Of a DNA stretch of 64,000 bases, positions 55,231 to 64,000 are shown piece by piece. Positions within the stretch are counted from its first letter, which is position 1, and each line of letters opens with the position of its first letter. Location: contig CAZSAK010000001.1 in NCBI GenBank assembly GCA_964605155.1, forward strand, positions 150,124 through 214,123, given 5' to 3'. The translations under genes were made by a program, and so were the position numbers. This stretch comes from an uncultured Chromatiaceae bacterium. GTDB taxonomy: Bacteria; Pseudomonadota; Gammaproteobacteria; SZUA-140. The notes beneath the pieces are model-generated. The model was not told the DNA's origin and ran no database searches. It was given only the letters and a program-made list of their open reading frames with translations.

Positions 55231-56028
55231 TTACTTGATGTGACAGGTCTCGCACAGATGCCCGGCCTGAACGCGCAATAACAGTTTGATGTCCGGATTA
55301 TGGACATTATGGCAGGATGCGCATTCAACCTTGTTGTCATACAGTTTGACGCCGTTATCAAAACCGTATGGTCCGTCCGGGGGCTTGAAGTCGGCGTCCT
55401 TGTGGGTGAGCCCCGCATAGGTCATGGAGATCGGGTGATCGTTTTGCAGATCGGTTCCGATATGCTTGATGGCGATATTGTGGGCGACCCTGCCATTATG
55501 GCATTTCCCGCAACTGAACAGATCATTGGCGCCGTTGATGCGCAGATGCAAGGCGGCATCATCGCTGGAGCGCCAGCCATTGGGCCGGAAGACCGTCATA
55601 TCGACCCCCATGGTGCCGTCATGACACGACAGGCACAGCAGGCTGATGGGGCTGGGCGACATGACCTTGTTGTCGAGGGTATTGCTGTCATACAGACTGT
55701 AACTGCCGGTGGCGGGTCTGAAGCGGTTAAAGCCGGGTATGCCGCCAAGCTGCGTGGAGTCGGCGCCTTCCCGGTCTGGAGGTATATGGCAATAGACACA
55801 TGAGGTGCCGTAATCGGAAAAGGCCAATCCCGGCATCGCCACAACACCGGCGCGTTTGTTGAGGCCGGTGAAGTCATGTTTACTGCCAAGGATTGTGCCT
55901 GCCAGGGTGGTGGATATCCACAACATGGCGGGTACAATAATCACTGGCAGCCATCTGCGTTTTTCAAGCGCGTATTTCACGTGTAACAGGAATTCCCCAT
56001 GACGCCATATACTACGGATTTCCATCAT
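55231..56028 (-). CDS. Membrane-anchored pentahaem c-type cytochrome
   Basis: N-terminal TM helix. CVYCH, CLSCHDG, CGKCH, CASCHNVH, CETCH. KHDF and LQNDHPIS motifs are shared with the cytochromes at 10326 and 19646. Confidence 0.85.
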   Translation of the reverse strand: MMEIRSIWRHGEFLLHVKYALEKRRWLPVIIVPAMLWISTTLAGTILGSKHDFTGLNKRAGVVAMPGLAFSDYGTSCVYCHIPPDREGADSTQLGGIPGFNRFRPATGSYSLYDSNTLDNKVMSPSPISLLCLSCHDGTMGVDMTVFRPNGWRSSDDAALHLRINGANDLFSCGKCHNGRVAHNIAIKHIGTDLQNDHPISMTYAGLTHKDADFKPPDGPYGFDNGVKLYDNKVECASCHNVHNPDIKLLLRVQAGHLCETCHIK

Positions 56029-56194
56029 TTTATATGATTTATCAGTGATAAGCCACGGCGTTCTGCGGTAATATCACAGGTCCTGAGAGCCTGATGAATG
56101 ACCCCGCGGGTCATCGTGTCGCCAGCGTCGGCTGAGGTCACATAGGGTTCAGGTTAACATTCTGAGTCGCAATACTATTTCCTGGAGTGCCGGA

Positions 56195-57448
56195 TTGAAG
56201 ATAAAGATGTTGTTTGGTTGTGTTGCTGTTCTCCTCTCTGGTACGGGAGTACAGGCCTTGCCAAAGGATGGTGCAGACGATACTGCGCAGCATGATGCCC
56301 ACTACGGGCAACTCTATAAAAGCCATTGCTCGGCGTGTCATGGCGAGCAAGGTGACGGCAAGAGTCGCGCGGAATTCGGTTTGAATCCAGCACCACGCAA
56401 CTTTACGACGCAGGCGGCGCGTGAAGAATTATCGCGGGAACGCATGATTACGTCCGTGACCTACGGCAGGCCGGGTACGGCCATGGTCGGGTGGGGCAAG
56501 CGACTGACAGGCGATGAGATTGCCGGTATCGTGGATTATATCAGGGCAAGATTCATGCAACCGGAATCGCTTACCGATGAAGAACAGGCCAAACAAGGAC
56601 TGCCCGATGAAGATCAGGCCAGTATTGAGCAACCCGATACGCACACGGACGCACATCCGGGACAACAGATCTACAAGGACCATTGTGCGGTGTGCCACGG
56701 TGAAAAAGGCAATGGGTCCACCTGGACAAAGACCGGCCTGAATCCCTCTCCGCGTGATTTCACTGCGGCCGAAGCACGTCAACAGCTGTCGCCGGAACGC
56801 ATGATTACTTCCGTGACCTACGGCAGACCGGGCACCGCCATGATGCCTTTTAATACACGCTTGTCGGAGCAACAGATCGCCAGTGTCGTCGATTACATCC
56901 GTACCACCTTCATGCAGGGTGCGGATGCCGGTAACGGCGCAGCAGCGATGGATGATGATTACGCCGCTATGCCCGGTTTCGGACACAGCCCGCACTCTGC
57001 CGCACCGGCGGCAGGCCAATCTTTTAGCACTGGCCCAATGACATCGACAGCGACGGCAGCAGAGCCTGCGGATATGTCATTACCATTCCCTCATGGTCTG
57101 GCCGGTGATCCGGAAAAAGGGCGGGAGTTTTATTCTGCAAATTGTTTTACCTGTCACGGGTTGAAAGGCAACGGACGTGGTCCCAGGGCCTCATTTATCT
57201 ATCCGCCGCCGCGAAATTTCCTCGCCGAAAAATCCCGCAGCAGGCTCAATCGCCCGGCCTTGTACAAGGCGATATATTCGGGAATCCCGGGGACGGTGAT
57301 GCCATCGTGGGGTAAGGTGCTGAATGATCAGCAGATAGCCAATGTCGCCGAGTATGTGTTCGATACCTTCATCCAGGGTGAAAGGGCGGCAAGAGATCCG
57401 CAGTCACCTGCGCCTGCTGTACAGAAAAAAAAAGCCCCCGGAAACTGA
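56195..57448 (+). CDS. Tri-domain class I cytochrome c, probably the 5' part of a longer gene
   Basis: Signal peptide. Three repeats of G..(I)YK.HC..CHG..G.G....GLNP.PR(N/D)FT....L..ERMI.SVTYGRPGTAM, with CSACH, CAVCH and CFTCH. It ends 15 nt after an A9 run. Confidence 0.8.
   Translation: MKIKMLFGCVAVLLSGTGVQALPKDGADDTAQHDAHYGQLYKSHCSACHGEQGDGKSRAEFGLNPAPRNFTTQAAREELSRERMITSVTYGRPGTAMVGWGKRLTGDEIAGIVDYIRARFMQPESLTDEEQAKQGLPDEDQASIEQPDTHTDAHPGQQIYKDHCAVCHGEKGNGSTWTKTGLNPSPRDFTAAEARQQLSPERMITSVTYGRPGTAMMPFNTRLSEQQIASVVDYIRTTFMQGADAGNGAAAMDDDYAAMPGFGHSPHSAAPAAGQSFSTGPMTSTATAAEPADMSLPFPHGLAGDPEKGREFYSANCFTCHGLKGNGRGPRASFIYPPPRNFLAEKSRSRLNRPALYKAIYSGIPGTVMPSWGKVLNDQQIANVAEYVFDTFIQGERAARDPQSPAPAVQKKKAPGN
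57425..57433 (+). other. A9 homopolymer, followed by G-C5, at the frame break between two cytochrome c ORFs
   Basis: Counted directly in cagAAAAAAAAAgcccccgg. Confidence 0.95.
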
Positions 57449-57600
57449 CGACCATCGATCACGGGCGCGAGATCTATAACGCCTATTGTTATTTTTGCCA
57501 TGGTTACAGCGGCGATGCCAGGACCCAGGCCGCGAGTTACCTCGATCCGTCGCCGCTGGATTTTACCTCTGCACGCGCTGCGCTGCTGTCCCGCGACAGG

Positions 57601-58380
57601 ATGTTAACGTCCGTACGTAAGGGCCGTTCCGATACCGCCATGATGAGCTTTGCAGGACAATTGAGTGAAGCGGACATCGCCGCCGTTGTTGATTTTATCC
57701 GCGGGACCTTCTTTCAAGGAGTGGCATCCAATACCTATTATCATACGCCTGAAAACGGATGGGAGGATTTTCAACGTTATGCGGCGGCATTCCCGTTCGC
57801 GCTGGGAGAGACTGCACCGGATACGCCATGGGACCGACTGACACCGGAGCAACGCCGCGGTAAACAGCTTTATATGTCGTCATGCATTACCTGCCATGAT
57901 CGCGCCGGGACCAGGGATCAGGGAAGGATATGGGAGCCACAGGCCGTATCCTATCCACGCGGCGGTTTTGACCACGTTCAGCACGATATCGACGCACAAT
58001 CAGCAGCAAGTCCGTTCGCGCGCCACGACAAGGCGCCCGGGTTGAGCGACCTGTCCGAACAGGAACGGCTGGGAGAATCGCTGTTCCAGGGCAATTGTGC
58101 ATTCTGTCACGCCGCTGACGGTAGCGGCATGAACTGGATAGGGAGCTTCCTTGAACCACATCCGCGTGACTTGACGGACGCCGTGGCGATGGCGGGCATG
58201 ACCACAGAACGGTTGAGACATGTGATCGAGAACGGCCTGCCAGGGACCACCATGTCGGCATGGAGGTCCGTACTCAACGCGAAAGAAATCGATGCGATTA
58301 TTGCATACATATCCCGGGCCTTTTATCCCCTGACGCCGGCAAACGGAAAGAACGACGGGGGAGTCAGACAAGGTCCTTGA
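57601..58380 (+). CDS. Cytochrome c domains 4-6. The ATG-bounded ORF is listed, but the cytochrome domain continues upstream to at least 57451 in the same frame
   Basis: The frame is open from 57382. Residues TIDHGREIYNAYCYFCHGYSGDA...LDPSPLDFT (haem motif CYFCH) lie upstream of the first ATG, with no ATG/GTG/TTG start and no signal peptide. CITCH and CAFCH follow downstream. Confidence 0.7.
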   Translation: MLTSVRKGRSDTAMMSFAGQLSEADIAAVVDFIRGTFFQGVASNTYYHTPENGWEDFQRYAAAFPFALGETAPDTPWDRLTPEQRRGKQLYMSSCITCHDRAGTRDQGRIWEPQAVSYPRGGFDHVQHDIDAQSAASPFARHDKAPGLSDLSEQERLGESLFQGNCAFCHAADGSGMNWIGSFLEPHPRDLTDAVAMAGMTTERLRHVIENGLPGTTMSAWRSVLNAKEIDAIIAYISRAFYPLTPANGKNDGGVRQGP

Positions 58381-58509
58381 GGCATGGATATGCTATCCGG
58401 GACGCCGTACTCATGGTGTGTCATCAGTATTTGCGCGGCCGTGCGGGTGATGAGTTTTTCCGGTTTGGTGTTATTCTCTTGTTATGTGTTGATCTGACGG
58501 GATAGTGAC

Positions 58510-59553
58510 GTGTCTGAAAAGAGTATCAGGGTCAGTGTCGTTGGCGGAACGGGTTATACGGGTGTGGAGTTGTTGCGCCTGTTGAGCCGGCATCCCGCCG
58601 TTGAATTAAGTGCGGTGACCTCCAGGGCCCGGGCCGGTCAGGCGGTATCGGACCTGTTTTCGAACCTGCGCGGCGTAATCGATTTATCGTTTACCGAGCC
58701 GGATATTGCCGCGCTCGGGCGCAGTGATGCTGTGTTCTTCGCGACCCCCAATGGCACGGCCATGACCATGGTGCGTGAACTGTTGCACTCTGATGTGAGA
58801 GTCATTGATCTGGCGGCCGATTTTCGCCTGCAAGACCCACAACAGTGGCGCCAGTGGTACGGGATTGAGCACGCCTGCCCGGAACTGCTGGCCGAGGCGG
58901 TATACGGTCTACCCGAGGTAAACCGTGATGCGATCAGGGATGCACGTCTGGTGGCTAATCCGGGATGTTACCCGACCGCCGTTCAATTGGGATTCCTGCC
59001 CATGCTGGAGCAGGGCCTGGTCGACAGTGCCCATCTGATCGCAGATGCCAAGTCCGGCGTCAGCGGCGCGGGAAGGAAGGAGTCCGTCGACAAACTGTTT
59101 GCCGAAGCGGCGGATAATCTCAAGGCCTATGGAGTCCCGGGGCATCGTCATTTGCCGGAAATCCGACAGGGTCTCAGACACATCGCCGGTCACGATGTGG
59201 GATTGACCTTTGTCCCTCATTTGATCCCGATGATTCGCGGCATTCATGCCACCTTGTATGCAGTAGTAACAGATAGGGGGTGTGATTTACAACAGATCTA
59301 TCAACAACGGTATGAAAATGAACCGTTTGTCGATGTCATGGAAGCGGGCGTACATCCCGAGACACGTTCAGTGCGAGGGAATAATCTCTGCCGTATTGCC
59401 ATACACAGACCCCAGGGCCAGGACACTGTTGTGGTGCTTGCTGTCATCGACAATCTCGTCAAGGGCGCGGCGGGTCAGGCAGTGCAAAATTTCAACCTGA
59501 TGTTCGGTCTGGATGAAACGACGGGACTGGACCATGTTGCGCTGCTGCCGTGA
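58510..59553 (+). CDS. argC: N-acetyl-gamma-glutamyl-phosphate reductase
   Basis: [28 protein letters not shown] (active-site Cys), [25 protein letters not shown] start. Confidence 0.92.
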   Translation: MSEKSIRVSVVGGTGYTGVELLRLLSRHPAVELSAVTSRARAGQAVSDLFSNLRGVIDLSFTEPDIAALGRSDAVFFATPNGTAMTMVRELLHSDVRVIDLAADFRLQDPQQWRQWYGIEHACPELLAEAVYGLPEVNRDAIRDARLVANPGCYPTAVQLGFLPMLEQGLVDSAHLIADAKSGVSGAGRKESVDKLFAEAADNLKAYGVPGHRHLPEIRQGLRHIAGHDVGLTFVPHLIPMIRGIHATLYAVVTDRGCDLQQIYQQRYENEPFVDVMEAGVHPETRSVRGNNLCRIAIHRPQGQDTVVVLAVIDNLVKGAAGQAVQNFNLMFGLDETTGLDHVALLP

Positions 59554-59641
59554 GGACCTCGCCGGCATGTCGTCGTGGCAGATTATTAGCCCCTTGTGCA
59601 GAATATGTGCATGGAAATTGCATTGACATTGATCAGTACGG

Positions 59642-60370
59642 ATGAAGATTAAGGATTCGACACATGTTATCGTTAAATCTCATCATCCGGCGAGGAAGAC
59701 GTTGTATGTCGGCCTGATTGCCCTCGCTGTCGGGGCATGTGGATATTTGTTATATGAGTATGGGCGTTATAGCAGCGGTAACGACATCACGAACACCGAG
59801 CGCGAAATGGAAAGCCTGCAATCACGCCTCGAGGATCAGGAACTGGAGATCGCACACTTGGCAAAACAGAATGAGATTCTGGCGCAGGGTAAGGAGATAG
59901 ATCGACTTGCGTATACCGAGATCGATCAGACACTGACCGATCTGCAAAAAGAGAACATGGAACTCAAGGAGGAGATCGCGTTTTACAGGGGGATCGTGGG
60001 CACCGCAGAGGAAGTGCGCGGTCTGCAGATCAGGAATTTCAAGCTGATCAAAAATGAGATACCCCGGAATTACCGTTATCGCCTCATCCTGACCCAATTG
60101 ATCAGGGGTAACCGGTTTGTCAGCGGCCACGTCATCCTGGCTGTTTCGGGTGTACACAACGGCATCGAGAAATCACTATCCCAGCAGGAATTTGTCAGGG
60201 AGGATGAGGATGACATGAAATTCCACTTCAAATATTTTCAGGAACTTCAGGGCGAGATTGTCCTGCCGGATGGATTTGTACCGCTCAAGATCACCTTGAG
60301 CATTATCCCGCAGGATAATCCACGTAAAACCATCGAGCAGACGTTTAACTGGGCGGATGTGATTACCTAA
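59642..60370 (+). CDS. Membrane-anchored coiled-coil protein, conserved hypothetical
   Basis: One TM helix (LYVGLIALAVGACGYLLY), then a heptad-rich segment (MESLQSRLEDQELEIAHLAKQNEIL...). It sits in the argC-x-bactofilin-erpA position, conserved in gammaproteobacteria as I recall. Confidence 0.5.
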   Translation: MKIKDSTHVIVKSHHPARKTLYVGLIALAVGACGYLLYEYGRYSSGNDITNTEREMESLQSRLEDQELEIAHLAKQNEILAQGKEIDRLAYTEIDQTLTDLQKENMELKEEIAFYRGIVGTAEEVRGLQIRNFKLIKNEIPRNYRYRLILTQLIRGNRFVSGHVILAVSGVHNGIEKSLSQQEFVREDEDDMKFHFKYFQELQGEIVLPDGFVPLKITLSIIPQDNPRKTIEQTFNWADVIT

Positions 60371-60384
60371 GGAGGTGATGTCAG

Positions 60385-60813
60385 ATGTGGGGCAGTAACG
60401 ACAAACAGAAGGCGGAAAAGGTTGATACCCTGATAGGGCAACACACAGAGTTGCGCGGGGATATTATCTACAAGGGCGGATTGCATGTAGACGGCAAGAT
60501 AAAGGGCAATGTCATCGCAGATAGCGAAGCATCGACCATCCTGGTGCTCAGCGAAAGCGGAACCATTGAAGGCGAAGTCAAGGTCCCTTATATAATCATA
60601 AATGGTACCGTTAATGGCGATCTTCACGCCGAGCAGAGCGTCGAATTGGGTGCACATGCCCGCATCAACGGCAATGTGTATTACAACAAGATCGAGATGG
60701 CGATGGGGGCTGAGGTCAACGGCAGCCTGGTCCATATCGACGAAGCCGCTAAGTCGGTCGTATCCTTTGATCAGGAGCGCAAGGCCAATTTCGGCACTGA
60801 GAAGAAATCTTGA
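60385..60813 (+). CDS. Bactofilin-family polymer-forming protein
   Basis: Beta-helical repeat pattern: GDIIYKGGLHVDGKIKGNV...GTIEGEVKV...INGTVNGDL...ARINGNVYYNKIEMAMGAEVNGSL. Confidence 0.8.
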   Translation: MWGSNDKQKAEKVDTLIGQHTELRGDIIYKGGLHVDGKIKGNVIADSEASTILVLSESGTIEGEVKVPYIIINGTVNGDLHAEQSVELGAHARINGNVYYNKIEMAMGAEVNGSLVHIDEAAKSVVSFDQERKANFGTEKKS

Positions 60814-60867
60814 CTATATTACTAGGAATTTATATAATTTACACAGATTTTATGTGGAGATAGACGT

Positions 60868-61239
60868 ATGAGTGCAGTACCCGAAACAACCCGACAAGAT
60901 GCAACGCAACCACCGACACTAACCTTCACCGATAGCGCGGCCGCCAAGGTCAAGGGTCTGATCGAGGAAGAGGGCAATGACACCCTCAAATTGCGCATCT
61001 TTATCTCGGGTGGAGGCTGTTCGGGATTTTCGTATGGCTTTACCTTCGATGAAAACGTCAACGAGGGGGACACCGTCATCGAAAATGGCGGCGTATGCCT
61101 GCTGGTTGACCCGATGAGCTTTCAATACCTCATCGGCGCCGAGATCGACTATTCCGAAGGTATCGAGGGTGCACAGTTTGTGATTCGCAATCCCAACGCG
61201 TCCACAACCTGTGGTTGTGGATCATCCTTCAGTGTATAG
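60868..61239 (+). CDS. erpA: A-type iron-sulfur carrier ErpA/IscA family
   Basis: [17 protein letters not shown] and the C-terminal [16 protein letters not shown]. Confidence 0.88.
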   Translation: MSAVPETTRQDATQPPTLTFTDSAAAKVKGLIEEEGNDTLKLRIFISGGGCSGFSYGFTFDENVNEGDTVIENGGVCLLVDPMSFQYLIGAEIDYSEGIEGAQFVIRNPNASTTCGCGSSFSV

Positions 61240-61273
61240 CTCTGCCTGACCGATCATGGTTCAGAATCAAGAC

Positions 61274-61298
61274 AAGGGCCCGTAAGGGCCCTTTTTTT
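61274..61298 (+). terminator. Rho-independent terminator after erpA
   Basis: GGGCCC-gtaa-GGGCCC followed by T7. Confidence 0.85.
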
Positions 61299-62975
61299 AT
61301 GGCCAAGAATAATTTCCTTACCCGGGCCCGGAAGCAGCAGGCCCAGGCGTTATTTAATGAACAACGCTGGGAAGAGGCAAAGACTCTTTATCAGCAGGTT
61401 TGCCGTAAAGATCCACATGATGGGGAGGCCTGGACCATGCTGGGAGTCGTGATGGGCCGGACGGGGCGGATGGATGAGGCGGCCGCGTGTTTTCGCAAGG
61501 CCGTTTCAATACTCCCCGATTTTGCTGACGCCCATTACAATCTGGGCAAAGCCTGCAAGGTGTTGGGTCTGTATGACGAAGCGGTTTCCGCTTACGAATC
61601 GGCCGTGCGCCTGCGGCAAAACTGGGCGGAGGCCTGGATTAATCTGGGCCATGTTTACAGTTACCAGGGTCGCATGTTTGATGCCATCGAGAGTTACCGT
61701 CGTGCATTGACATTAAACCCCGATCTTGCTGCAGCTTATAAGTCCCTGAGCGGTTTACTGATCGCCCTTGGCCGACTGGATGAGGCTGCCGTATGCATGC
61801 GCAAGTTGGCACAATTGATTCCCGGAAGTCTGGACGCTACGCTGGGTGAGATCAAAATCCTGCAGCGTCGTGGTGATACCGATCAGGCATACGCCATGGC
61901 CCGGGACCTGTTCGAGACACATCATGGCATTCTGGAAGTTGATTTTCTTTATGCAACCTTGTGCGGTCAGACCGGCAGACAGGTGGAGGCTATCGACTTG
62001 CTTGAACGTCGGCTGGCTACAGGGGACAGGGCGCTTGATCACCAGCAACTCAGTATGATTCATTACCATCTAGGTGATCAGTACGATGCAATCAGAGACT
62101 ATCACCGGGCCTTTGAGCATTACAAGTCTGCCAACCAGATAAAATCACACCGATTCGACATGCAGTCCTTCAAACGATACGTCGATTGCTTGATTGAACA
62201 TTTCAATCCCGATTTCATGCGCACGGCAACGAAAGCCCCGCTCCTTTCTGATCGTCCCCTGTTCATCGTTGGAATGATGCGGTCCGGGACAACCCTGGTC
62301 GAACAGATTCTTGCGAGCCATCCCGATGTATGCGGCGCCGGCGAACTTCATGATATCAATACCATCGTACTGGAGATACTGGATACCAAGGAAGACGGAC
62401 AATTCTCTGCTGACAGTGTTATCAATCTGTGCCAGGATAGATGCAACGCGCTTTCGAAACGCTATCTGGATCGACTGACGCAGATTTCCCCCGATGCCCG
62501 TTATGTCACCGACAAGATGCCGCAAAACTTCCTGCATCTGGGCATCATTGCCTTTTTGTTTCCCCGTGCACGAATTATACATTGTATCCGTGAACCCCTG
62601 GATACCTGTGTGTCGTGCTACTTCCAGAACTTCGGTACGGCCCATCCCTATACACACAGTCTCGAACAACTGGGACAATATTACCGTGAATACCATCGTC
62701 TGATGCACCATTGGCAAAAGGTGATCGACATTCCCATCCTGGATATCGGTTACGAAGAGCTGGTGTCAGACCAGGAAGGCATTACGCGCAAGTTGCTGGA
62801 GTTTTGTGATCTCGAGTGGAATGATCAGTGCCTGCGCTTTTACGAGAATAAACGTGCGGTAGCTACCTTGAGCCATGAACAGGTCCGCAAACCCGTATAT
62901 GCGCATTCGATCGGTCGCTGGAAGCACTATGATGCCTTTATTACACCGTTGATCGATGTCTTGGGCATACAGTAA
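61299..62975 (+). CDS. TPR-repeat sulfotransferase-family protein
   Basis: N-terminal TPR units (AWTMLGVVMGRTGRMDEAAACFRKAV, AHYNLGKACKVLGLYDEAVSAYESAV, AWINLGHVYSYQGRMFDAIESYRRAL). The C-terminal domain has a PAPS-binding-like IVGMMRSGTTLVEQIL. The ATG directly abuts the terminator T-run. Confidence 0.7.
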   Translation: MAKNNFLTRARKQQAQALFNEQRWEEAKTLYQQVCRKDPHDGEAWTMLGVVMGRTGRMDEAAACFRKAVSILPDFADAHYNLGKACKVLGLYDEAVSAYESAVRLRQNWAEAWINLGHVYSYQGRMFDAIESYRRALTLNPDLAAAYKSLSGLLIALGRLDEAAVCMRKLAQLIPGSLDATLGEIKILQRRGDTDQAYAMARDLFETHHGILEVDFLYATLCGQTGRQVEAIDLLERRLATGDRALDHQQLSMIHYHLGDQYDAIRDYHRAFEHYKSANQIKSHRFDMQSFKRYVDCLIEHFNPDFMRTATKAPLLSDRPLFIVGMMRSGTTLVEQILASHPDVCGAGELHDINTIVLEILDTKEDGQFSADSVINLCQDRCNALSKRYLDRLTQISPDARYVTDKMPQNFLHLGIIAFLFPRARIIHCIREPLDTCVSCYFQNFGTAHPYTHSLEQLGQYYREYHRLMHHWQKVIDIPILDIGYEELVSDQEGITRKLLEFCDLEWNDQCLRFYENKRAVATLSHEQVRKPVYAHSIGRWKHYDAFITPLIDVLGIQ

Positions 62976-64000
62976 TCAGGCTGTGTATATACCGCCGAGC
63001 ACCACAGGCTCTGTTGCCCCCGTTACGCTGGGGAGGTTGCCGGGCCGTCCAGACAGGGTTTGACTTGCAAGCCATGCAAATGCCGCAGACTCCACCCAGT
63101 CAGGCGGTATCCCGAATTGCTCTGTTGAATGTATAGAAGCATCTTGCAGATGAACCCTGAGGCGTTGCATTAATAACCTGTTGTGCGTGCCGCCACCGCA
63201 TATCAGTACCTCGTGAACCTGTGCTGGATGTTTATGGATGGAGCTCGCTATCGAACGGGCAGTTAATTCGCACAAGGTCGCCTGAATATCCTGTGGGGAC
63301 AGCGCAAGATGCATGCCTTCCAGTACCTCATCTAGCCATTGCAGATTGAACTCTTCCCTGCCTGTACTCTTGGGTGATTGCAGATCAAAGTAGGGATGTG
63401 CGAGCAGGATCTCCAGCAAACGCTGATCAATCTCGCCGCTCGCGCCCCACTGGCCGTCAGCATCATAGGCTGTACCCAGATGCCGCTCGGCCCAGCCGTC
63501 CAGAAGCACGTTCCCCGGCCCGGTATCGAAACCGGTCACCGCCAGATCCTTGTTCCCCGGAAGTAGGGTGATGTTGGCTATCCCGCCTATATTGACGATC
63601 ACTCGATCGTGATCCGGGACTTGGAATACCTCGTTGTGAAAAGCAGGCACCAGAGGGGCACCCTGGCCTCCGGCCGCGATATCACGGCGGCGGAAATCCG
63701 CAACCGTGGTAATTCCGGTGTATTCGGCGATCACATTGGGATTGGCGATTTGCAGACTGTTGGGAAAGGGTGCACGGGGTTCATGATGGATGGTTTGCCC
63801 GTGACTGCCGATGGCCCGGATCTGTTGCGGCGACATCCCGGACTTATGCAGCACATCAAGTGCCGCCTGTGCAAACAGGATGCCCAGTTCGGTGTCCATA
63901 GAGGCAAGCAACCCGGTAGATCCCTCCGTGCAAAGGCGTGCGAGCCTGTCACGAACCGGCTTGTCATAGGGGGTAAAGGTGGTAGCAAGAATGTGAGGGT
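62976..64000 (-). CDS. anmK: Anhydro-N-acetylmuramic acid kinase, 5' end beyond the window
   Basis: IGSHGQTIHHEP, VADFRRRDIAAGGQGAPLVPAFH, NIGGIANIT, FDTGPGN, CGGGTHN. The frame stays open upstream of the listed Met to nt 64000 (...TFTPYDKPVRDRLARLCTEGSTGLLASM). Confidence 0.88.
   Translation of the reverse strand, partial: PHILATTFTPYDKPVRDRLARLCTEGSTGLLASMDTELGILFAQAALDVLHKSGMSPQQIRAIGSHGQTIHHEPRAPFPNSLQIANPNVIAEYTGITTVADFRRRDIAAGGQGAPLVPAFHNEVFQVPDHDRVIVNIGGIANITLLPGNKDLAVTGFDTGPGNVLLDGWAERHLGTAYDADGQWGASGEIDQRLLEILLAHPYFDLQSPKSTGREEFNLQWLDEVLEGMHLALSPQDIQATLCELTARSIASSIHKHPAQVHEVLICGGGTHNRLLMQRLRVHLQDASIHSTEQFGIPPDWVESAAFAWLASQTLSGRPGNLPSVTGATEPVVLGGIYTA

Noticed and set aside
1-64000. 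CRISPR arrays, IS elements, integrases, toxin-antitoxin or phage defence genes
   Set aside because: I looked for spaced direct repeats, DDE/tyrosine-recombinase-like ORFs and small paired ORFs and saw none. The ORF-free gaps longer than about 150 bp contain tRNA/terminator, promoter or sRNA-candidate signals, or nothing I could interpret.

Overview
This 64-kb window looks like a Gammaproteobacteria-type chromosome. Housekeeping synteny supports that: speD, coq7, rplM-rpsI, ccmABCDEFGHI, and argC-bactofilin-erpA-anmK. All calls rest on reading the ORF translations and the DNA by eye, with no database search. No CRISPR array, transposase, integrase or prophage gene was seen.

The window is unusually rich in c-type cytochromes. 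I count 39 CXXCH motifs in 12 ORFs. Both cytochrome c maturation systems are present: a complete System I ccm operon and a CcsB/CcsA pair.

Six things stand out:
1. A roughly 15-kb co-directional operon at 10.3-25.7 kb. It encodes a tetrahaem cytochrome, a parvulin PPIase, an orphan 590-aa beta-barrel-like protein and three c7-type trihaem cytochromes. It also encodes a cupredoxin-like/helical-repeat protein, two NHL-propeller lipoproteins and an 886-aa undecahaem cytochrome. It ends with its own CcsB-CcsA-TPR-DsbA maturation module. I read it as a candidate, uncharacterised outer-membrane or extracellular electron-transfer conduit. Two porins and a dihaem peroxidase precede it.
2. A smaller second copy of the same theme at 54-58 kb: an NHL lipoprotein, a pentahaem cytochrome, and a six-domain cytochrome c that is split by a frame change at an A9 run.
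3. A cytochrome c, two stand-alone Reg_prop propellers, and a GGDEF-EAL protein whose periplasmic domain carries a CXXCH motif (48.6-54 kb).
4. A low-GC islet at 25.7-32.8 kb. It carries a TonB-dependent receptor, a periplasmic binding-protein-like gene, a hybrid histidine kinase, and a divergent Hpt plus LuxR-type response regulator.
5. Within that islet, two paralogous terminator-ended small-RNA candidates of about 110 nt with exposed GGA/GGGAGG motifs.
6. A standard MoxR-DUF58-VWA-BatD operon.
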